IMG/VR virus record: IMGVR_UViG_3300020045_010314
Span: 1-54,836 of that record
DNA from: a virus
Taxonomy: Duplodnaviria; Caudoviricetes
Strand: one strand, 5' to 3'
Length of the DNA stretch: 54,836 nucleotides
Shown here piece after piece: positions 48,501-54,836 of the stretch; the first letter of the stretch is position 1, and each line of letters opens with the position of its first letter. The notes beneath the pieces are model-generated. The model was not told the origin of the DNA. It ran no database searches and saw only the letters and a list, made by a program, of their open reading frames with translations. Made by a program: the position numbers and the translations under genes.

Positions 48501-50310
48501 TCTTGGGAATTTAGCTGAAAACGTATCTTCGGGGATGATGGCGAGAGCCGCAAACAATATGATGGATGCTATTGCCAATGGAATTAGCGGCAAGAAAACA
48601 TCGAACAAAGCAATAAGAGAGCAGTCAAAGATAACCGCAAGAGCAAAGCTAAGGGGAATTACACTGGAAACTGCCGAGTCTTATGGAGATACATCATCTC
48701 TTTTATTAAACCATAGTGCAGTTGAGGATTATTTTAATAATGCCACTACTAATAAAGCATATCACGCACTTATTTCTACCTATATGGCAAAGCCCGTATT
48801 GGAAGGGGCAGATAGTTACAATAAAATTCTGATTACAGAAGCTAAAATGGTTCGTGCTACAATCAAGGTTTTGGAAGCAAAAGGAATGAGTAATTCTGAT
48901 GCGTTAGACTATGTGGCAAAAGCAATTACAGGAGAGTCTATGCAGGAAGCATTGGTAAAAGCAAAAGCATTAATCGAAAAGGTTAATGAAGATGCAGGAA
49001 GAAAATTACTTAACGACTCCGAATCATCCATAAAATCTCTTGCCGCCGACATCGTAAAAGAATCATTGGTAAGCGGAGGGCAATTGACGGAATCTGAACT
49101 AAAAGCAATTTACACCGCCGCATATAAATCAGCCGGCAAGGATATTGGCCACGTATCGAATAACTGGGTTACTGACCAAATATCGGCCAAAGGCGCTCAA
49201 ATAGAAAAAGAAGTTGCCGATGCTATAAAAGAAAAAAAATGGGGAGTTGCGTCAGGAGTTGTTGTAGAACAAATTTTTTGGAAAAACTTTGTCTCTACAT
49301 TTGTAGGTGGCGGAACAAACTGGTTTGTAAAAGGACTTCAAAAAAGTGCAAATCCATTAAGTTTATTTTCTTTACGTAAAGACATAATGCATTTAAAAAT
49401 GGCAGGAAAACTTGACGTGACAACCGACGAAGGGATAAAAAATATGGAGGAATCGTTGTATCGTGGTATGAATTTAAGAAGTACATCGGCCACAATGTTA
49501 ATGGGATTTATAATAACAACTTCAATAATTAGCGCCTTATCAGCAAGCGGAGCCGACGATGAAATTGCTGAATGGCTTAAAGAAAATCAATGGGCTAAAA
49601 AGTTTTTTGATAAAATGGTTCCTGATGCAGTAGTGCTAATGCTTGCTATTAAAGACAAAGATTTCGGAAGGTACATTGCCAAAATGGTTAACGTAAAAGC
49701 AGATTTCTTCGACGATCAAAAAAACACTTATAAAATACTTGAAAAATATGCAAAAGGATATACGGAAGATGATGCTGTAAAAATAAGTGAAGCTTCAGGA
49801 GATTTAGGGGCGATGTTAGGTAAAAGATTTGAATTACCTGGACCGTTAAGAGCCGCAAAAGACATGAAGCAAATATATAAAGGAGTTGTAAAAGGAGAAT
49901 ATGACAAAACAAACTATTACACAAGTGGTTTTATGAATGGATTTTTTCAAGGAGGTATTATTGATATGTGGGGATTAAGAAAAGACCCTGATTTTATAGA
50001 AGACGACCCTATTCAGAAATTCCTAAAAGAACAAAAAGAAAAGGAATTATTATATAAAAAACCCGAAAACGAAAAGGTAAAAATAAGAGTTGACCGTAAA
50101 CTAACAAGAGTAGAGAGCGACGTGAAATTGCTTCAAAATCTAAAAACGGCCCAACAAAAAGGATTACCCTATTTTATCTCGATGGATGCCGCGCTTACGA
50201 AACAACAAGTCAAGGATATGGATTTATCAGGAACAGACGAATCTGTAGCGAGAATAAAACAGATAGTTTCGGAGGTAAAAGCACAGTACGGAATTGAAGA
50301 TGAAGAATAA
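42571..50310 (+). CDS. Giant internal virion/ejection protein (2579 aa)
   Basis: Last late gene; G/A-rich membrane-like segments, coiled-coil repeats; no enzyme motif recognised. Confidence 0.75.
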   Translation: MLQPKKDNFRLNQADQASLEKEMIAYAEEGATDADLIEFKNTYVAEKKKGTAQSTPISTPPKSVSGTPTGSSGGVNPAFKSSIPSPIPDFNSMESVKKPIEKLKNPPVKEDTSFFDYLKEGLDTGIAIASKSIYDTPALLYDNVAGLITNPIFRAMGVDEDKLASSKKLADNLGFKNIPSEILKEKIKVSNEKLNDYALKNGVDPLTAIEKGEYKNAAKLVAGTTMQSLPLMVVALLSGGSKAALTAIGLSTASTKNSELEESNPEMGLGTRVVNANNAGIIEAVTGHLFTGGSGAVMKKIIADKGVEAGSKIIGKSFRTTIEKSIEKNPLVGAFGEVIEESAVEFGNQVNDISSGIRTELDFRAIKNAGLSATGMGGLQTLGVYGAKGYVKAKEYAKLKNINKQVFKLRSEIDNGNLSPENKAILSLRADRLEAENKKLLGTEIEKAKALPTEAKTELNALNNEFEDLKTKFDDIDDADDIPDNLKPAIKEEIKLQASKNQKRKTEILSQNDGIEIDNDFSKFEGVEPDFNLENGKISSLPLKEQDRLNKLAVEKITNGDKAIEYTKEQVSETANEIYKNEQTPPTPEAQPQAEVPQQAEAEKVSTEPKNVNTEPTSVLSENKEVSPVEDVVATSVEKRKYNFTKTPSLENVQAIEIKDANIDNEPEITEKIINNQEHWDKALVDGVKNEGNGWFEVGKTIQGESVLHAPSTNETVVIKDSQNKGGRNGAYKNNFIENNPRNEAAPETNPPTNGNVQLGASNVGESGNYKQESPVQESVSKPVDGGEVKGDASVGEFSEFEKVVNESKTADEAFYKIKNIQGVSSETSKSFREKYDPKSELSTKEAFGKFYDEVKAKPQVNPKKGEKPSLKTDADAPIIGVDEVAKQDTPVGKKKNQFKTQEEYLKENVPEDAPESSSYYKRGGFLSGKYTPSKSDLEEDFIESHKYFVEEAMDKENAIFDGKDLWIADNQEGVWDNQRTSEVKNIENPPKGDITSFYEYSIKNGDITANEVVKIIESAGLTVPKSIRNLSETPNPKPTTKERIAERIKLSDAKVDDIKAHIKGIDNIFGIKIKIDDVEGLNKNGIDFVEVIASIAKQAIAAGIHIDEAINKTIEHFKGKYDFDVNIDEIKERINPKKEAEKETASDSDMEDFRDSWNLEPSSDEINQYDSGRTITREHGETRNNQDYEVQKDFARVQIGIRAIEHAKRLFGAEYVEKTLSFIEKANLSPEKKAVAYVLLENEMDARAKEFPNNVGVQKLQDLVRAKSQEFLANSARAMGAGRFRIERFRELAKNGFSEDEFTNAILTTKQKNDKGKIQKLIQVSPDDINNESENQESDDESISQNNEAVYTQEDFDRELQKAKDELGNDYNISVFENLKRQAKKDKLSDKKDDLKAAKAKVLEDIRKVVRESMGQMSVNPLAKPLEFAALVTKLAKLHIQDGALSLEEVANNIYNDLKDMSKDISKESIFNILKSKPKRVMSEATKRKIYINLLNKNIASLDAQIEAKKRDVITRVDKYKNDAEIKDLRDKRSEKREELAKVDPSYAESRKLATDLKLAQKSLDEHQRRIDENDLSPKEKEPKVVAEKLKKLRERRDAKRKEFLAKKKKYDDSLKPVIVPPTKEELADKKHLSDVNNKINSLTKRIDDLKANKPKTNDGKSTVWSADISKLENELKDLRESKKAASQKITEKEPLSEEDATRQRIDKKIAQREKVLKDLIDGKKKDVTGKNSDWSAEISKVNSEIERLMSFKKQSNKRLVTIKNIVKQSLIDAGFSREITVTTKNGKEKRTILDWKKLAGEAGIIDNIRKNVEESLKGSKYSKAEIEDMKEALEDEYVRLSEDVIEKGLNELQNRNAERKPVNTKSAAKKLAELYNYGLFEKNKDSYEKIINSVLGFNGLDQMAFDEMKEIARGYAVLMDSGLSDTEIKSAVNSLSRRQSRLVATLAFSQADWKFKLAVALSEITNLSTRFKLVNLGNLAENVSSGMMARAANNMMDAIANGISGKKTSNKAIREQSKITARAKLRGITLETAESYGDTSSLLLNHSAVEDYFNNATTNKAYHALISTYMAKPVLEGADSYNKILITEAKMVRATIKVLEAKGMSNSDALDYVAKAITGESMQEALVKAKALIEKVNEDAGRKLLNDSESSIKSLAADIVKESLVSGGQLTESELKAIYTAAYKSAGKDIGHVSNNWVTDQISAKGAQIEKEVADAIKEKKWGVASGVVVEQIFWKNFVSTFVGGGTNWFVKGLQKSANPLSLFSLRKDIMHLKMAGKLDVTTDEGIKNMEESLYRGMNLRSTSATMLMGFIITTSIISALSASGADDEIAEWLKENQWAKKFFDKMVPDAVVLMLAIKDKDFGRYIAKMVNVKADFFDDQKNTYKILEKYAKGYTEDDAVKISEASGDLGAMLGKRFELPGPLRAAKDMKQIYKGVVKGEYDKTNYYTSGFMNGFFQGGIIDMWGLRKDPDFIEDDPIQKFLKEQKEKELLYKKPENEKVKIRVDRKLTRVESDVKLLQNLKTAQQKGLPYFISMDAALTKQQVKDMDLSGTDESVARIKQIVSEVKAQYGIEDEE

Positions 50311-50313
50311 AAG

Positions 50314-50342
50314 AAAAGCCTCTCATAACTGAGAGGCTTTTT
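50314..50342. terminator. Bidirectional terminator ending the late region
   Basis: A4-GCCTCTCA-TAAC-TGAGAGGC-T5. Confidence 0.85.
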
Positions 50343-50345
50343 AAT

Positions 50346-50939
50346 TTAAACGGTATAAGCGCCTTCTTTGTGCATTGCTAATTCCCTATTAGCTACATCT
50401 AAAATATTTTGATAAAACTCAATTGGGTCGTTTTTAAATGATGAGTCTTCAAGTTCTCTTTGTAGATAATTACCTATTGCTCTTTGTGGCTGGGATAGGT
50501 CGTTATTCATTGCGTTAGATAAAGAAATATTATTATCATAAGGCATAATGAAAGAAATATTTAATTCATCTATATCAAAACAATCAAGATATGGTTCGTG
50601 ACCAACACAATTAATATTACATCCATTAAAACAAATATGAAAATCTTCAATAACCTCACCCTCATCATCAATTAGTCCATACTTTTTTATATCAAATTCC
50701 AATACTTCTTTTATCGTTTTACCTTCTAAATTAAAAGGACAATGACCTGTATCTATAGTTGTTAAAAAAGTTCCTATAAACATTTCATTGTTATGTTCTA
50801 TGATATAAGTATCACTTTCTAAATCTGTCCATTCTATTAATTCTGATTCTAATGATTCATCATTATCTTCATACTCGTCAAATCCATTTGAAGAATATGA
50901 TTGGGAAATAAATACTACTTCTTTAATTTTTTCTAACAT
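50346..50939 (-). CDS. Acidic AT-rich hypothetical protein (moron-like)
   Basis: Start revised to MLEKIKEVV at 50939, downstream of TACTTTTG at 51042-51035. Confidence 0.7.
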   Translation of the reverse strand: MLEKIKEVVFISQSYSSNGFDEYEDNDESLESELIEWTDLESDTYIIEHNNEMFIGTFLTTIDTGHCPFNLEGKTIKEVLEFDIKKYGLIDDEGEVIEDFHICFNGCNINCVGHEPYLDCFDIDELNISFIMPYDNNISLSNAMNNDLSQPQRAIGNYLQRELEDSSFKNDPIEFYQNILDVANRELAMHKEGAYTV

Positions 50940-51148
50940 AATAATATTTTTTAGGGTTAAAAAAGGGAGTTGTTCAATCTCCCTTTTAAAGTTCAAGTTA
51001 AGGTTCAACAGGCATTGTTTTCGACTCAACAATTCAAAAGTAAATATAATTTTTAATATAAAAAACACTTATTTTTAACATTCATTCTCATTCAATTCCA
51101 TTAGATTTAATTCTATTAATTTATTTTTATTCGTAATATTTTTGAAAG

Positions 51149-51179
51149 AAAAGCCCCCGCTAATAAGTAGAGGCTTTTT
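51149..51179. terminator. Intrinsic terminator-like hairpin
   Basis: A4-GCC...GGC-T5 after the leftward replication block. Confidence 0.55.
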
Positions 51180-51183
51180 GAAT

Positions 51184-51348
51184 TTATTTAGGGCAGATAC
51201 TTTTGAAGAATTTCTTCAAAAATTTCATTGAGTTTAAGATTTTAGTTTCTTTATTTGATTCTTTGAATAATTTTTTTATTTTTGCGCGGTCTTTTTTTGA
51301 GTTAATGCTTTTGACGTAATTCTTTTGTTCAGAGTTTAATTTTGACAT
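51184..51348 (-). CDS. Small basic protein (54 aa)
   Basis: MSKLNSEQKNYVKSINSKKDRAK...; A-rich leader. Confidence 0.5.
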   Translation of the reverse strand: MSKLNSEQKNYVKSINSKKDRAKIKKLFKESNKETKILNSMKFLKKFFKSICPK

Positions 51349-51478
51349 TATTTTTATTTTATTTATCGGGGGTTAATTAATAAATTATGAGTAAATGTAA
51401 TCGTAATAATGTGTCGTTTAACGGGTAAATAATAATAGTTCTTATCCTTACGGGAAACCTCATTTTGGTAAAAATTTT

Positions 51479-51676
51479 CTAAACTTTAACACTATTTGCG
51501 ATTTCAAGGAATTCTTCGGCGGCGGAATCTGGAATTGTTCCGATGTCGATTTCAAAGCCAAACGGGCGGAGTTCTTTCCATTTTATTTCCGTCTGCGAAC
51601 GGAGGAATTTACGTAAATTAACTTGGCGCTCTTTTAATTCTGGACTGTAAGCAACTTTATCTAAAGCCCTTCTCAT
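51479..51676 (-). CDS. Hypothetical protein
   Basis: 65 aa; ATGA overlap. Confidence 0.7.
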   Translation of the reverse strand: MRRALDKVAYSPELKERQVNLRKFLRSQTEIKWKELRPFGFEIDIGTIPDSAAEEFLEIANSVKV

Positions 51677-51909
51677 TTACTTAAAACCTGTTCTATTATC
51701 CTAATATCCCTACCCGAAACAGATTTCTTTTCCTTGAGGTAGTTAATTCCTTTTCTTATGGCCCATTTGTAGTTTTGCCAAAATTCGTCGAGAGTTCGCA
51801 TCTTGAAATACATTTTTTGGATTTCTGTGTTCTTGATGTTTTTGAATTCTTCCGTGTGTTGGATTGCTTCTTTGAATCCGTATAAGTCTAAAGTGGTGTG
51901 TTCAATCAT
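51673..51909 (-). CDS. Hypothetical protein
   Basis: 78 aa. Confidence 0.7.
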   Translation of the reverse strand: MIEHTTLDLYGFKEAIQHTEEFKNIKNTEIQKMYFKMRTLDEFWQNYKWAIRKGINYLKEKKSVSGRDIRIIEQVLSK

Positions 51910-51919
51910 TTTGTTTTGT

Positions 51920-52648
51920 TTAGTTTAGTTCGGTTAGTTTTTGTTGGTAAAATTTTCTGACTTCTTCGAGTTCGGCTCGATCCCAATGGTAATCGTTTTT
52001 CTTGTATGATTTTGCTTTGTCGTCGAGATAGGTAAGATGCTCCATTCCGTATCTTTGGATTATTCCGGCCCGATACCCGCTTTCGTTTCCTTCTTTTCGG
52101 AGGTTACATTTTCGGCATTGTCCGGAAATATTCTTTTCGTCAAATTTCAAATTTGAGAAAAGCTCTGCCTTGTAAAAATGCCCTGCCTGAAAATCTTCTA
52201 AATGAGGAATCCCACAACTAATGCAAGGTTTTCCAATATCCCGAAGACGAATGTACTCATGGCAAACACTTCTTACATTTATCAAAAGTGTTCCAAGTTT
52301 GTTTCGGTCTTTACGGTCCTTAAATGCTTTTTCTAAACCGAGTCTTGGAGCCGAAGCCTCAATAGTGATTCGTTTTAGTTTTGCTGCACCTTCAGGAGAT
52401 TCTAAAAGCCATTTTGAATAGCATTTGCACTTTATTCCTAATCCGTGAATTCTTTCAGCTTGAGGATTTCCGCAGCCATATCCTTTTGCAATTGTAAGTC
52501 CTTTGCATTTTTGGGTTTTTATAGCTGATTTCACGGCTACTTTTCCTTGTTGGTATTCGTTTTTAGCTTCTTTACAATCCGGTGAATCGCAAAATTTATC
52601 AAGGAAAAACTTTGGTTCAAACTTTACTTTGCAGTTATTACATCTCAT
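51920..52648 (-). CDS. ninG: NinG/Rap-like recombination endonuclease
   Basis: YIRLRD..PCISCG, AGHFY, FDEKNISGQCRKCN. Confidence 0.85.
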   Translation of the reverse strand: MRCNNCKVKFEPKFFLDKFCDSPDCKEAKNEYQQGKVAVKSAIKTQKCKGLTIAKGYGCGNPQAERIHGLGIKCKCYSKWLLESPEGAAKLKRITIEASAPRLGLEKAFKDRKDRNKLGTLLINVRSVCHEYIRLRDIGKPCISCGIPHLEDFQAGHFYKAELFSNLKFDEKNISGQCRKCNLRKEGNESGYRAGIIQRYGMEHLTYLDDKAKSYKKNDYHWDRAELEEVRKFYQQKLTELN

Positions 52649-53022
52649 AATTCTGTTTGCTTTTTAAGTTTGTTTTCCTCAAATTTATATCTAGCGTTTT
52701 CTGTTTTACACGCCTTTATTTGTCGTTGAAGTTCTTTATTCGTCTCTGATAGTTCCTTTAATTTAAACTGCGATTTAACATCCTTTCCTTTGTTTATTAA
52801 TGCTTTATTATCGTTTCTAAGCCTTGCATTTTCATTATACAACAACTCATTTCTTGATTGAAAATCTTTGTTTATTGGATTATCTTCAAGTTCAGATATG
52901 TAAGCCGACAACTTTCCTATTTCAACGGCTTGTTCCTTTATTTTTCGGATTGAAAAAGCAAACATTTCGTCTCGTGAATATTCACGATTTAATTTAATTA
53001 GTATTTCATTTTCGTACGCCAT
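52645..53022 (-). CDS. Coiled-coil hypothetical protein
   Basis: 125 aa. Confidence 0.7.
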   Translation of the reverse strand: MAYENEILIKLNREYSRDEMFAFSIRKIKEQAVEIGKLSAYISELEDNPINKDFQSRNELLYNENARLRNDNKALINKGKDVKSQFKLKELSETNKELQRQIKACKTENARYKFEENKLKKQTEL

Positions 53023-53033
53023 AGTTTATGTTT

Positions 53034-53156
53034 TTAATTCTCTTTTAAATATGCTTTTTTGCAGGAATCCGAGCAAAAATCTCCGTTGCAAGGCTCCCCG
53101 CAAAACTCGCACTCATCTTCTTCGCTTTCAGGGGGATATTCTCTTGAGTCTATCAT
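53034..53156 (-). CDS. Small Zn-finger protein (40 aa)
   Basis: CEFCGEPC...FCSDSCKKAY. Confidence 0.65.
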   Translation of the reverse strand: MIDSREYPPESEEDECEFCGEPCNGDFCSDSCKKAYLKEN

Positions 53157-53159
53157 TTC

Positions 53160-53528
53160 TTAGGGATTAGGAGTTTCGAATATATTTCCAATTACAGTCG
53201 CTCTATATTTCCATTCTGTATTTAATATTCCATTACTTGACTGCTCTCCTTCATATCTAATAAAATCAGTATCCCATTGTCCTGCGTATTTGTGCCAAAC
53301 TACCTGAACAATTCTATCTCCAACATTTAAAATATCTCCTTCATAAATATCAACTCCGTTTTTGTCTTTTAATCCGGTGAATTGCATCAATGGACTTAAA
53401 TATTCATCAATATTATTTGAAGTATGTTCGAACCATAATCCATTATCATATTTTCCTTCCGTGAAATACAACATTTTATTTTCGTCGCCTATGTCACAAT
53501 ATGCTCTAAACTTAATTTCTCTTCCCAT
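53160..53528 (-). CDS. YopX family protein
   Basis: REIKFRA, MQFTGLKDKNGVDIYEGDI, VIGNIFE. Confidence 0.92.
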   Translation of the reverse strand: MGREIKFRAYCDIGDENKMLYFTEGKYDNGLWFEHTSNNIDEYLSPLMQFTGLKDKNGVDIYEGDILNVGDRIVQVVWHKYAGQWDTDFIRYEGEQSSNGILNTEWKYRATVIGNIFETPNP

Positions 53529-53652
53529 TTTTACTTTTTCAAATGATTAATTACAAAAATCCAAAACCCAAAAGCGAACAAACTTTGCAGGACTAAAACC
53601 CATCCAAAAAGAATTAAATCCCTCTTCCCTATATAATATTCTTCTCGTGTCA

Positions 53653-53856
53653 TTATAATTTTATTTCATATTTAACTAATCCAAGAAACATACCTGTCAT
53701 ACTTTTATGATCGATATATTCTAACATTTCATCGATCGCTATTAAGGCGCATTGTTTTGCTCTGAAAATATTAGAAGAATGAAACCCATCTTCATCTGTA
53801 GCTAAATAGAATCTATTTATTAATATTTCTGCTTTTTGTTTTGGTGTAAATTCCAT
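53653..53856 (-). CDS. Hypothetical conserved Flavobacterium phage protein
   Basis: TPKQKAEIL...AKQCALIAIDEML. Confidence 0.75.
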   Translation of the reverse strand: MEFTPKQKAEILINRFYLATDEDGFHSSNIFRAKQCALIAIDEMLEYIDHKSMTGMFLGLVKYEIKL

Positions 53857-53858
53857 AA

Positions 53859-54233
53859 TTAGTGTTTTAGATCATATTTAATTGGACGAATGTCTTTGTG
53901 TTCACTTGCGAGTTGTAATGCTCTATTTCGGCTGTCTTTCGGTTCGTCGAAAATCGGTTTACATAATTCTGGGGCATTTCTTTTTCTTTTGCTCATATCA
54001 GTTTTTGTTTCAATGGTTTTAAAATTCATTTTTGATTGTTTCGTTTCGTAATATGCAGGGACTTCTTTTTTTTGTTCTAACCACCCCATATCTTCGATAA
54101 CTGAAATTCTGTTTGAGAGTTTTACTATCTCTTTGCTTATTTTTATTGCTTGACTTCTAGTGGCGATTTTCAGGAATGCTACATAGCTTGAAATTTGTTT
54201 GTCGAAAAAATTTCGTTGGTGTATATTATTCAT
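53859..54233 (-). CDS. Hypothetical protein
   Basis: 124 aa. Confidence 0.65.
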   Translation of the reverse strand: MNNIHQRNFFDKQISSYVAFLKIATRSQAIKISKEIVKLSNRISVIEDMGWLEQKKEVPAYYETKQSKMNFKTIETKTDMSKRKRNAPELCKPIFDEPKDSRNRALQLASEHKDIRPIKYDLKH

Positions 54234-54429
54234 AAATTTTCATTCTTATTTTATCAAAATAAACATCAATTATCCTTGCTACTTGGTGCTTGCTTACATT
54301 GAAGTATTTTGCTATAACTGATGTTCTATTGTCGTTCTCGGTTTTGAAATACTTTATTATTTCCTCTTCCTTTTTTTTAGAGATAATAGCAGGTGTTTTT
54401 AGGGTTAATTGTCCTGATGTTTTTCTCAT
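54226..54429 (-). CDS. Small HTH protein
   Basis: TSVIAKYFNVSKHQVARII. Confidence 0.7.
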   Translation of the reverse strand: MRKTSGQLTLKTPAIISKKKEEEIIKYFKTENDNRTSVIAKYFNVSKHQVARIIDVYFDKIRMKIYE

Positions 54430-54432
54430 AGT

Positions 54433-54836
54433 TTATTTTCTGAATGATTTCCCCTTGAACTCGATTATGTTGTACATTTCGAATAATCTGTCGTAAACTC
54501 TCCCGCCGTATTTTTCAAGAAATTCATCGACGGCGACTTCTAAATTTCCTTCATAACCATCTTTGTAATTACAGGTAGCAAAAGTCTTATTGATGATTAT
54601 TTTGTCATTTACTGTTTGAACCCGATTGTTGTAGCGAGTTTCGAATATATCTTTGAATATATTTACCTTCCCGTAATTCGAGGCGGTACGTTCTGTTTTT
54701 ATATCATCAAAATATCGGGAACCAAGATTCATTTTTCGCTCAAACTCTTTCTTAGAAATATCATCGTTACATTTTTCGAACATTCCTACAACTTCATTAG
54801 CTGTATATCCCTTGAATGACATTCCTTTGATGTTTT
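54433..54836 (-). CDS. DnaC/IstB-like ATPase (helicase loader), partial
   Basis: FDDIKTE, RYNN, TCNY, YGGRVYDRLFEM, GKSFRK; frame open to the window edge. Confidence 0.8.
   Translation of the reverse strand, partial: NIKGMSFKGYTANEVVGMFEKCNDDISKKEFERKMNLGSRYFDDIKTERTASNYGKVNIFKDIFETRYNNRVQTVNDKIIINKTFATCNYKDGYEGNLEVAVDEFLEKYGGRVYDRLFEMYNIIEFKGKSFRK

Noticed and set aside
42645-49924. Numerous antisense ORFs in structural genes
   Set aside because: Shadow frames of long coding genes, with S/F/L-rich composition and no start context
42571-50310. Giant protein as crAss-type virion RNA polymerase or DarB
   Set aside because: No DxDxD polymerase motif in a plausible context; no methyltransferase or helicase motifs recognised
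50940-51068. ORF-track N-terminal extension of the 240-aa ORF
   Set aside because: Spans the promoter and a hairpin; Met at 50939 has the proper A/T-rich context

Overview
The window is part of a tailed dsDNA phage genome infecting Flavobacteriia/Bacteroidota. Evidence: Bacteroidota TAnnTTTG -7 promoter elements, AT-rich SD-less starts, a DUF3127 SSB and standard code 11. The gene order is podovirus-like. From left to right: small minus-strand early ORFs (1-2886); a ~1.1 kb non-coding divergent control region; a plus-strand accessory block (RHH regulator, Dam-type MTase, SSB, DUF3310, wHTH protein, possible Tad2/Acb2-like sponges); a minus-strand groEL-groES pair; tail fibre/receptor-binding genes; a lysis cassette (holins, GH19 endolysin, spanin); a second double-GroES protein; terminase, portal, scaffold and major capsid protein; a minus-strand tRNA operon; tail tube/nozzle and ejection proteins including a 2579-aa protein; and finally minus-strand NinG, YopX and DnaC-like genes. 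The most striking observation is the tRNA operon. Every intact tRNA reads C-starting codons (Pro UGG, Gln UUG, His GUG, Arg ACG, Leu UAG) and carries A37 instead of the TrmD substrate G37. The operon sits behind an unannotated 24-codon leaderless peptide with a CNN-codon cluster and a 1:2/2:3/3:4 attenuator. This looks like a sensor that switches on m1G37-independent backup tRNAs when host CNN decoding fails. A 7-copy palindromic late-promoter motif, fixed 15 bp from the -7 element in six copies, is also evident. All protein family calls come from motif recognition by eye, not from database searches.
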